Below are positions 10,368 through 18,170 of a DNA stretch of 34,425 nucleotides, piece after piece. A model generated the notes under the pieces. That model was not told the origin of the DNA. It saw only the letters and a program-made list of their open reading frames with translations, and ran no database searches. Origin of the DNA: an uncultured Prevotellaceae bacterium (GTDB taxonomy: Bacteria; Bacteroidota; Bacteroidia; Bacteroidales; Bacteroidaceae); the NCBI GenBank assembly GCA_902477365.1, contig CABSGW010000001.1, positions 1 to 34,425 of the forward strand, written 5' to 3'. Within the stretch, counting starts at the first letter, position 1. Each line of letters begins with the position of its first letter. The translations under genes were made by a program, and so were the position numbers.

Positions 10368-10408
10368 ATAAAATCTCCTTACAATAATTCGTTGTAAGGA
10401 GATTTTAT
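10368..10408. terminator. Bidirectional terminator-like hairpin after tRNA-Leu
   Basis: Perfect 17-bp arms ATAAAATCTCCTTACAA / TTGTAAGGAGATTTTAT, 7-nt loop, T-rich flanks, between convergent units. Confidence 0.75.
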
Positions 10409-10426
10409 TTTTATAGCCTCTTCCCG

Positions 10427-11443
10427 TTATCTGCCATCCACCTTTTGCATAAAGACAAACAATTTGCGGTAGACAACATCGCGGACAGCCCGTTCCGAAA
10501 GAACCAGATCGTGCATTCCACCAACAATGACCTCGGTTGAAACTTCCGGCCCCAACTGTTTGCCATAACGCTGGATATCTTTTACCGACAATACGATATC
10601 TGTACGCAGAAACGCATCATTCCATCTACTTGTTTCCGGCAAAGAACGATCGGACGACATGACCAATACCGGACACGGCACACTTCCACGCCGCACCCTC
10701 AACTGTGCCTGTCTGACGGCACGTATCCAACCTGCTCGTTTTGTCTGTCCATGCGGTTTTTTCCAAACCGTGTTGTAACTCCATTCCCCTTTTTCTCCAC
10801 GCAACAGACTTCGTGCATACGTATCTTTCCCTTCGCCTTGAACCTTCAGACGCGGAAAGAGACGCCCTATCCAGGAAACAACCGGAATCACCAACCGTTC
10901 CATCCACCACCCAAAATTCCAATCAAGGAAAGGACTGTTCAATATCAACGCCGACACACCCGCCCTTTGTCCATACCTACACAAATAATCTGATGCAATC
11001 AACCCGCCGGTTGAATGCCCCATTACTACGATACGTTTATACCCCTCTGCACGTATAGCCGCCAGAGCCGAATCCAAATCGGCATCATAACACCGAAAAT
11101 CGTTGGTATAAAAAGGTTCACGCCCGGCTTGTATAGAGCGACCGTAGTCACGTAAATCGAGCGCAAAGAAAGCATATCCATGTGCTGCGATGCTATCGCC
11201 CATAGCCGCCTGAAAGAAATAATCGTTATAGCCATGCACATAAAGCAAGGCCGTACGCGCCATAGCCGGTACATCACGTTTCACCAATGTACAAATCGGT
11301 CGCATAGCAGTTCCGTCGCCTGCCATCCTGAAAGTTCGATAACTATAGTTACAACCCAACAGATCAGGCTTATAGACAGACAAGCCATACACCATCTGAA
11401 AACAGAACAAGCAACTTATCCAAAAAGAGAACCATTTTTTCAT
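10427..11443 (-). CDS. Secreted alpha/beta hydrolase (lysophospholipase/serine aminopeptidase S33-like)
   Basis: YVHGYNDYFFQ, DLRDYGRS, nucleophile GHSTGG, catalytic GGMHDL. Start moved to MKKWFS (signal-peptide-like) at 11443. Confidence 0.85.
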   Translation of the reverse strand: MKKWFSFWISCLFCFQMVYGLSVYKPDLLGCNYSYRTFRMAGDGTAMRPICTLVKRDVPAMARTALLYVHGYNDYFFQAAMGDSIAAHGYAFFALDLRDYGRSIQAGREPFYTNDFRCYDADLDSALAAIRAEGYKRIVVMGHSTGGLIASDYLCRYGQRAGVSALILNSPFLDWNFGWWMERLVIPVVSWIGRLFPRLKVQGEGKDTYARSLLRGEKGEWSYNTVWKKPHGQTKRAGWIRAVRQAQLRVRRGSVPCPVLVMSSDRSLPETSRWNDAFLRTDIVLSVKDIQRYGKQLGPEVSTEVIVGGMHDLVLSERAVRDVVYRKLFVFMQKVDGR

Positions 11444-11448
11444 GCGAA

Positions 11449-11456
11449 CAAAGATA
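11449..11456 (-). promoter_or_regulatory. -7 box (TATCTTTG) only 5 nt upstream of hydrolase ATG
   Basis: Minus strand reads TATCTTTG-TTCGC-ATG. Confidence 0.55.
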
Positions 11457-11530
11457 ACGCTTTTACACATATCTGCGCCTCTAAAGTCCAAAAACCAACG
11501 ACAAAAGGGCCTCATCTCGATAAAAATGCC

Positions 11531-11538
11531 TAACTTTG
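11531..11538 (+). promoter_or_regulatory. -7 box (TAACTTTG) for GT9/acyltransferase operon
   Basis: TAnnTTTG match 38 nt upstream of ATG 11577. Confidence 0.55.
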
Positions 11539-11576
11539 CCCTGCTTGTTATGCGTTAAAGCACACCTCAAAAAAGC

Positions 11577-12643
11577 ATGGCACACTTACTGGTAATTCGT
11601 TTTTCTGCACTTGGAGACGTGGCTATGACCATACCCGTTATCCACGCATTCGCCACTCAATACCCACAACATAAGCTGACTGTTGTGAGCAGAGCATCAT
11701 TCGCCCCGCTCTTCATCGATATGCCCGACAATGTACACTTCAAGGGCATTGACCTGAAACGTTACTCCGGCCTACGCGGACTCAGCCAACTTTATCAAAC
11801 GATTCAAGAGGGTAACCGCTTCGACGCCGTGGCCGATTGGCACAACGTGCTTCGCACGCGTTTCTTACGTTTCCGTTTCCGGCTGTCGGGCATTCCCGTT
11901 GCCGTCATTAACAAGGACCGACGCGCCAAACACCGCCTTACCCGTGCCAAAAACAAAGTATTGCACCCCCTGCAAACCTCCACCGAACGCTATGCCGATG
12001 TACTGGCCCAATTAGGTTATCCCGTACAACTGACATTCACCTCGCTTTTTGCCGGTAAACCAACAGTTGCAAGTCCCCTGACCGGACCTAAGCCAGCCGG
12101 CGAACAGTGGATAGGTATTGCTCCCTTCGCCCAGCACAAAGGAAAGATCTATCCTACCCTTTCCATGGAACAGGTCATCAAGCAGTTGAGCGGACGCACG
12201 AATATCCGTCTTTTTTTGTTTGGAGGAGGAAACTACGAAAAAGCGCTCTGCGAGCAGTGGGCTTCCCAATACCCCCGCACCATCAGCCTGATTGGTAAAG
12301 GCACCATGAGGGATGAACTGACAATCATGCATTCGCTAGACCTGTTGCTGTCCATGGATTCGGCCAATATGCATCTGGCCTCCATTGCAGGAACTCCCGT
12401 TCTATCCGTTTGGGGAGCCACCCATCCATACGCAGGCTTCATGGGTTGGAAGCAAAATCCGGACAACGCCCTGCAAACCGACCTTCCCTGCCGTCCTTGT
12501 TCCGTCTACGGCAACAAGCCCTCCGCGGCGACTATGCCTGCCTGACACAGATTAAACCGGCACAGATTGTCGATCACATGGACCGTATGTTGCATACGGC
12601 CGCAAAAGCCACCCCCTCACCAACCGACCCAGACCTACAATGA
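11577..12643 (+). pseudogene. Glycosyltransferase family 9 (heptosyltransferase-like), frameshifted near 12521
   Basis: LVIRFSALGDVAM, IGIAPFAQHKGKIYP, SMDSANMHLAS and CRPCSVYGNKP in the frame ending at 12545. The expected continuation LRGDYACLTQIKP... is in another frame ending at 12643 with an ATGA overlap into the next gene. Real lesion or assembly error. Confidence 0.8.
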
Positions 12644-13530
12644 AAGAGATCAAATACTACCTCGTCAAGGGCATATTCTACCTGCTGTCGCTTCTTCCGC
12701 TATGCGTACTTTATGCCGTATCCGACCTGTTTTATTTTCTTACGTTTCACGTCATACGCTACCGCCGCCGCATTGTCGAAAAAAACCTGCTAAACTCTTT
12801 TCCCGAGAAAACCGAGTCCGAACGACTCCGCATCGAGAAAGAGTTTTATGTTTTCTTCTGCGACTACATGATTGAAACCATCAAGTTACTCTCCTTCTCA
12901 CCCAACGACATGATGCGTCACATGGAAATGATAGGCGTCGACCAAATGGAGGAGTCACTGACCCGACACGACTTCTGCTTTGTTTATCTAGGACATTTCT
13001 GCAACTGGGAGTGGATTTCCTCGCTTCCCCTGTGGTGCAAACAGGGCACACACTGCGCACAAATCTATCACCCCTTGCGTAGCGATACTTTCGATAGCCT
13101 TTTTTTACACATGCGCAGCCGCTTCGGTGGAGAAAATGTACGAAAAAAGGAAACCTTGAGACGCATCATGGCTTTACGCAACGAGGGGAAAAAATCCATC
13201 GTGGGCTTCATTTCCGACCAAACTCCCCGCTGGGTCAGTATTCATGAATGGGTAACATTCCTAAACCAGGACACTCCGGTATTCATCGGAACAGAACGAA
13301 TCGGAAAGAAAGTAAACGCATCTATATTCTTTGCCGATATAGAACGCATCAAACGAGGTTACTACCGATGTACCTTCCGCCCCATGACCGAAGAAATACA
13401 GACCTATCCCGACTATAAACTGACCGAACTTTATATGCAGGAATTGGAGGAAATGATCAGACGGTCGCCGGCCTACTGGCTATGGTCGCACAACCGATGG
13501 AAACGGCAACGTTCCGACTCGACCACTTAA
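12640..13530 (+). CDS. Lipid A biosynthesis late acyltransferase (LpxL/HtrB family)
   Basis: GHFCNWEW catalytic motif, FISDQTP, FLNQDTPVFIGTERI, PAYWLWSHNRWK. Confidence 0.9.
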   Translation: MKEIKYYLVKGIFYLLSLLPLCVLYAVSDLFYFLTFHVIRYRRRIVEKNLLNSFPEKTESERLRIEKEFYVFFCDYMIETIKLLSFSPNDMMRHMEMIGVDQMEESLTRHDFCFVYLGHFCNWEWISSLPLWCKQGTHCAQIYHPLRSDTFDSLFLHMRSRFGGENVRKKETLRRIMALRNEGKKSIVGFISDQTPRWVSIHEWVTFLNQDTPVFIGTERIGKKVNASIFFADIERIKRGYYRCTFRPMTEEIQTYPDYKLTELYMQELEEMIRRSPAYWLWSHNRWKRQRSDSTT

Positions 13531-13569
13531 ATCCCGCATAACGGGCTGCACAACACCACGTGCTTTTTA

Positions 13570-13613
13570 CAACGTCCCTATGGGTTTATTAAAACGAACC
13601 CATAGGGACGTTG
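13570..13613 (+). terminator. Terminator-like hairpin after acyltransferase
   Basis: Perfect 17-bp arms CAACGTCCCTATGGGTT / AACCCATAGGGACGTTG, followed by CTATTCTT. Confidence 0.7.
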
Positions 13614-13627
13614 CTATTCTTCCTCGC

Positions 13628-13690
13628 AACTATATACTTTATTGTACCAAGCAGGTATGATACCTGCTTGGTACAATAAAGTATATAGTT
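13628..13690. repeat. Perfect 63-bp palindrome (31-bp arms, 1-nt centre)
   Basis: AACTATATACTTTATTGTACCAAGCAGGTAT-G-ATACCTGCTTGGTACAATAAAGTATATAGTT; arms checked base by base. Confidence 0.95.
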
Positions 13691-13787
13691 ACAAAAAATT
13701 AAGTCCCTACCTATTAGTATTCAACGTGATATTTAGCTTATTTTTCAACTTGACACACCTCGAACTTGTCCGCTACGAATTTATTTA

Positions 13788-13795
13788 TACCTTTG
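13788..13795 (+). promoter_or_regulatory. -7 box (TACCTTTG) for S41 peptidase
   Basis: TAnnTTTG match 64 nt upstream of GTG start. Confidence 0.55.
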
Positions 13796-13859
13796 CAAAG
13801 CAATGTAAAATACGGAAAGTACCTATCACCAAAGGTGCTTTCACCAAACAATTACTCCA

Positions 13860-16800
13860 GTGAAGAAAAAAACAATTCTCTTGGCAGCATGCTTTGCAGC
13901 ATTGACAGCACACGCTGCCGACGCACCTATCTGGTTGCGGAACTGTGCCATCAGCCCCGACGGCAACACAGTGGCTTTCACCTACAAGGGTGACATCTAC
14001 ACCATCCCCACGACAGGTGGAAAGGCTGTACAGTTAACCACCAATCCGGCACACGATACCCGTCCCGTGTGGTCGCCCGACGGCAAGACCATCGCTTTCT
14101 CGTCCAACCGTACCAACGGAGACTTCGACGTGTTCACCATTCCGGCTACGGGCGGTGTCCCCAAACGGCTCACCACTCATTCGGCCAACGAGTATGTAGA
14201 AACATTCAAAGACGCCAACACCATCCTTTATACGGCTTATATCCAGCCCGATGCTGCCGATGGCGTGTTCCCCTCCAGCCTCTTCACACAGGTTTATGAG
14301 GTGAACATTAACGGCGGACGTCCCCGCATGTTCTCATCGCTCACCATGGAAAGTCTCTCTGTAAACCAAAACGGCGAAGTGCTCTACCAAGATAAAAAAG
14401 GTTACGAGGATACGTGGCGCAAACACCACACCTCGTCCATCACCCGCGACATATGGATGACGCAAACCGCTCCCGAAAAGCGTTCTTACAAACGCGTCAC
14501 CACCTTCAAAGGCGAAGACCGCAACCCGGTATGGGCGCCAGACGGCAAAAGCTATTACTACCTGAACGAAGAGAGCGGTTCGATGAACGTTTACAAGGCC
14601 GACGCAACAGGTGGCAGCAAAAAACAAATCACCTCGATGACCAAACATCCGGTGCGTTACCTTAGCGTAGCCAAAAACGGAACGCTCTGTTTCAGCTACG
14701 ACGGCGAAATCTATACCATGAAAGAGGGAGCCAAACCTCAGAAGCTCGCGGTACAGATCATCGGCGACAATGCCGAACCCGATGTACAGAAACAACGCAT
14801 CACCTGGGGTGCCGGAAACCTGGCACTTGCGCCCAGCGAGAAGGAAGTGGCCTTCATCACCGCCGGCAATGTGTATGTTACTTCAACAGACTACCGTACC
14901 ACCAAACGCATCACCAACACCACAGCCGTTGAACGTTCGGTGGACATGAGTCCGGACGGACGCAGCCTGGTTTACGCTTCCGAACGCAACGGCGTATGGG
15001 GTATCTACATGACATCGCTGGTACGCAAGACCGACAAAAATTTCACCTATGCACACGAGCTGAAAGAAGAGCCGCTGGTGGTAGGAAAAGAGGCATGTTT
15101 CAAGCCTAAATTCTCACCCGACGGCAAAGAGGTGGCCTTCCTGGCCAACCGTACGGAACTGCGTGTCATCAACCTGAAGAACAAATCTATACGCACTGTA
15201 CTTCCGGCTCAATACAATTTCTCGTACACCGATTACGACCAAGACTTCCAGTGGTCGCCCGACGGACGCTGGTTCCTGGTCAACTACATGGCCGATGGTG
15301 GATGGAACAACCGTGACGTAGCCTTGGTGAGCAGCGACGGCAAAAAGGTGACCAACCTGACCCAAAGCGGATACTCGGACGGAGGGGCAAAATGGGCACT
15401 CGGCGGCAAAGCCATGATTTGGAGCAGTGACCGATCGGGTTACCGCAGTCACGGAAGCTGGGGCGCACAACGCGACGTGTACATCATGTTCTTTGACGGC
15501 GAGACTTACGACAAGTTCCGCATGAGCAAAGAAGAAAAAGCGCTGTTGGAAGAACAAGAGAAAATAGAAAAAGAACAGGCTGAAACCGAAAAGAAGGCAA
15601 AAGAAGCCGAAAAAGCAAAGAAAGAGGCTGAGAAAAAAGCCAAAGACAGTAAAAAAAGCAAGAAGAAAGACGACAAAAAAGGCGATAAGCAGGAAGATAA
15701 AAAAGAAGCCAAGGAAGAACAACCCAAAGGACTGGAACTGGACTTGGACAACTGTCGCGACCGCGTCATACGTATTACAGGAAACAGCTCGAACCTAGGC
15801 GATTACTATTTGGATAAAGAAGGTAAAAAGCTCTATTATCAGGCAGCCTTCGAAGGGGGATACGACCTATGGGTACACGACCTCGAAGATCGCTCCACAC
15901 GCATCTTGGTGAAAGGCTTCGGCGGTGCGGAACTCATCGCAGACAAGGCAGGAAAGAACTTCTACGTTGCCAGCGGTTCCATCCGTAAAATCAGCCTGGA
16001 CAACGGTCGTTCCACGAACATTGACTACGAGGCAGAAGTAGACAGCCGCCCATTGGACGAGCGCACCTATGTGTACGAACACGTTGAAGGCCTTATCCGG
16101 GACAAATTCTATGTAAAAGACTATGACGGAGTAGATTGGGCTTTCTATTGCAAGACTTACCGCCGCTTCCTTCCCCACATTAACAATGGATACGACATGG
16201 CTGAAATGTTGTCGGAACTGTTGGGCGAACTCAATGCCTCACACACCGGTGCACGCTATGGTGTGGGAAGTAGCAACCCGACGGCATGTTTGGGAGCCTT
16301 CTATGACGAAAGTTACGATGGCGACGGTCTGAAAATCAAGGAAATATTGAAACAAGGTCCGCTAGACAAAGCCAAACTGAAGATTTCCGTGGGACAAATC
16401 ATCACACACATTGACGGCGAAAAGATTGAGAAAGGCAAAGACTTCTATCCGTTACTTGCCCGTAAAAGCGGACAACGCGTCATGCTGACCATCACCGACG
16501 AAAAAGGTAAAAACAGTTTTGAACAGGAAGTGAAACCCATTAGTTACGGTTCTCAAAATGCATTGTTATACAAACGCTGGGTAGACAAACGCGAACAAAT
16601 GACCAATGAATATTCAAAAGGAAAACTGGGCTATGTGCACATTGAGGGCATGGACAGCCGCAGTTTCCGTAAAACCTACTCGGACATGTTGGGTAAGTTC
16701 CGCACCCGCGACGCCATGGTGGTAGACGTCCGCCATAACGGTGGAGGCTGGTTGCACGAAGACTTGGCCATACTCCTTACAGGCCGAGAGTATCAGCGCT

Positions 16801-17177
16801 TTGAACCAAGAGGTCGATACATTGGTAGTGACCCATTCAATCGTTGGTCAAAACCATCAGCCATGCTGGTATGTGAAGACTGTTACTCAAACGCATCGGG
16901 AACTCCCTTCATGTATCAATACTTAGGTATCGGTAAGCTGGTTGGCACCCCGATCGCAGGTACCATGACTGCCGTTTGGTGGGAAGGACAAGCCTACGGA
17001 AACCTGGTGGTAGGTGTGCCACAAGTTGCTGTAAAAGACATGGACGGGAACTACCTGGAGAACCAGGAGGTGACCCCAGACATCTTGGTGTACGCAACAC
17101 CGGAAGAGCAGCTGAAAGACGATGACGTCCAGCTGAAACGCACCATCGACCACTTGCTGCAAGTAACCAAAAAGTAA
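13860..17177 (+). CDS. Tricorn protease-like S41 family peptidase (PD40/beta-propeller repeats, PDZ, S41 domain)
   Basis: Signal peptide; repeated WSPDG/FSPDG PD40 units; GELNASHTG; DVRHNGGGWL; CYSNAS catalytic Ser region; K/E-rich linker. Confidence 0.92.
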   Translation: MKKKTILLAACFAALTAHAADAPIWLRNCAISPDGNTVAFTYKGDIYTIPTTGGKAVQLTTNPAHDTRPVWSPDGKTIAFSSNRTNGDFDVFTIPATGGVPKRLTTHSANEYVETFKDANTILYTAYIQPDAADGVFPSSLFTQVYEVNINGGRPRMFSSLTMESLSVNQNGEVLYQDKKGYEDTWRKHHTSSITRDIWMTQTAPEKRSYKRVTTFKGEDRNPVWAPDGKSYYYLNEESGSMNVYKADATGGSKKQITSMTKHPVRYLSVAKNGTLCFSYDGEIYTMKEGAKPQKLAVQIIGDNAEPDVQKQRITWGAGNLALAPSEKEVAFITAGNVYVTSTDYRTTKRITNTTAVERSVDMSPDGRSLVYASERNGVWGIYMTSLVRKTDKNFTYAHELKEEPLVVGKEACFKPKFSPDGKEVAFLANRTELRVINLKNKSIRTVLPAQYNFSYTDYDQDFQWSPDGRWFLVNYMADGGWNNRDVALVSSDGKKVTNLTQSGYSDGGAKWALGGKAMIWSSDRSGYRSHGSWGAQRDVYIMFFDGETYDKFRMSKEEKALLEEQEKIEKEQAETEKKAKEAEKAKKEAEKKAKDSKKSKKKDDKKGDKQEDKKEAKEEQPKGLELDLDNCRDRVIRITGNSSNLGDYYLDKEGKKLYYQAAFEGGYDLWVHDLEDRSTRILVKGFGGAELIADKAGKNFYVASGSIRKISLDNGRSTNIDYEAEVDSRPLDERTYVYEHVEGLIRDKFYVKDYDGVDWAFYCKTYRRFLPHINNGYDMAEMLSELLGELNASHTGARYGVGSSNPTACLGAFYDESYDGDGLKIKEILKQGPLDKAKLKISVGQIITHIDGEKIEKGKDFYPLLARKSGQRVMLTITDEKGKNSFEQEVKPISYGSQNALLYKRWVDKREQMTNEYSKGKLGYVHIEGMDSRSFRKTYSDMLGKFRTRDAMVVDVRHNGGGWLHEDLAILLTGREYQRFEPRGRYIGSDPFNRWSKPSAMLVCEDCYSNASGTPFMYQYLGIGKLVGTPIAGTMTAVWWEGQAYGNLVVGVPQVAVKDMDGNYLENQEVTPDILVYATPEEQLKDDDVQLKRTIDHLLQVTKK

Positions 17178-17194
17178 CCCGTTACTTACGAATA

Positions 17195-17234
17195 ACCGCC
17201 CCACTGGCTGCCTGACGGCAATCAGTGGGGCGGT
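17195..17234 (+). terminator. Hairpin after S41 peptidase
   Basis: ACCGCCCCACTGGCTGCC-TGAC-GGCAATCAGTGGGGCGGT, near-perfect stem; no strong U tract. Confidence 0.55.
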
Positions 17235-17290
17235 ATCGTATCGGTAAAATAAACTCCGGTCAAGCTATTGGAAACATAAATATTTCGCAC

Positions 17291-17298
17291 TAACTTTG
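17291..17298 (+). promoter_or_regulatory. -7 box (TAACTTTG) for small lipoprotein gene
   Basis: TAnnTTTG match; implies a roughly 90-nt 5' leader. Confidence 0.55.
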
Positions 17299-17392
17299 CA
17301 GTCATAACACCGATGTACCAAGTTCCCAACATCGGGGAAAACAGACTTTTCACTTCTGCCGGGAACAGGAAGAACTCCAAAAAAACAACACA

Positions 17393-17773
17393 ATGAAACT
17401 TGCCAAAACATGGACGGTCACCGTAATGCTGCTTTTACTTGTACTAGGCGTTACGGCATGTAGCGAAGAAGACGACTTGCAGAACATCCCCACCCGCACC
17501 GAACTGGTAGGCACAACATGGGCCGGAATCACACAAGGCATTGCCCTGACCATTCAGTTTACGAACCAGCAGAGTGCCGCATTTGTACTGACAGACGTGG
17601 CAACAGAGACGACCCTGCAAAGCGGAAGAGGGTCTTACAGCTATAACGAGATGGACGGTTCGATAGACGCTTCACTAAGCGGTTACTCCATTACCGGACA
17701 AGCGACAAAAGACAAGATAAGTTTACAAATAGATGACGAGATGCGTTTCACCCTAAAAAAGGTAAACCAATAA
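17393..17773 (+). CDS. Small lipoprotein of unknown function (lipocalin-like beta fold suspected)
   Basis: Lipobox VTAC followed by acidic SEEDD (Bacteroidetes surface-export-like signal); LVGTTW motif. Confidence 0.75.
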   Translation: MKLAKTWTVTVMLLLLVLGVTACSEEDDLQNIPTRTELVGTTWAGITQGIALTIQFTNQQSAAFVLTDVATETTLQSGRGSYSYNEMDGSIDASLSGYSITGQATKDKISLQIDDEMRFTLKKVNQ

Positions 17774-17799
17774 AGCCTCTTTCTTTTAGACTATACCGG

Positions 17800-17843
17800 C
17801 TTCCTCCTCTTTGGCATGACAAGTAAAGTCAAAGAGGGGGAAG
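17800..17843 (+). terminator. Terminator after lipoprotein gene
   Basis: 16-bp stem CTTCCTCCTCTTTGGC / GTCAAAGAGGGGGAAG; two G-U pairs form only on the + strand; followed by TTCATTT. Confidence 0.65.
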
Positions 17844-17894
17844 TTCATTTCATCAGACAACAAACAGGATGCTTCATCTCCCTTCCGAAACGGC

Positions 17895-17972
17895 ACAATA
17901 AAGCCCTCCTTATTCTCACGAACAGAGAGGGCTCAATTAGATGTTTCGTCTATACCCACTTCCGTGAGTAAG
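17895..17972 (-). ncRNA. Candidate structured RNA unit 2 (two GNRA-capped hairpins)
   Basis: Minus strand: TACTCAC-GGAA-GTGGGTA and AGCCCTCTCTGTTC-GTGA-GAATAAGGAGGGCT followed by TTATT. G-U pairs and GNRA loops favour the minus strand. Confidence 0.4.
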
Positions 17973-17993
17973 TTTTTTATTTCAAAATGAAAT

Positions 17994-18056
17994 AAAAAAA
18001 GGGATACCGCTGTATCCCAACCTTGTTAACCTTAAATCTAATACTATGAAAAACAC
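17994..18056 (-). ncRNA. Candidate small RNA unit 1 (about 60 nt, promoter-to-terminator)
   Basis: -7 box TATCTTTG at 18061-18068; AU-rich body GUGUUUUUCAUAGUAUUAGAUUUAAGGUUAACAAGGUU; terminator GGGAUAC-AGCG-GUAUCCC-U7; no ORF on this strand. Confidence 0.65.
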
Positions 18057-18170
18057 AATGCAAAGATACGGGCTAAATCCAAAAATGCAAGATACCGACC
18101 TCAAAAAGCCTAACGAGATAACATTCTTTAATAAATTAACTTCTATTTTGCCATCTCCATTTTACAAAAA

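Noticed and set aside
9948..10397. 149-aa ORF spanning the tRNA pair
   Set aside because: Runs through tRNA-Gly and tRNA-Leu; spurious.
13642..13863. 73-aa ORF crossing the palindrome
   Set aside because: TTG start inside the palindrome, crosses the S41 promoter, no recognisable features.
15114..15722. 202-aa Phe/Leu-rich minus-strand ORF resembling a membrane protein
   Set aside because: It is simply the antisense of the K/E-rich linker of the S41 gene.
17303..17370. Twister/pistol ribozyme resemblance (TAACAC...TCCCAA)
   Set aside because: The required pairings and conserved GC/GAGGG elements could not be placed.
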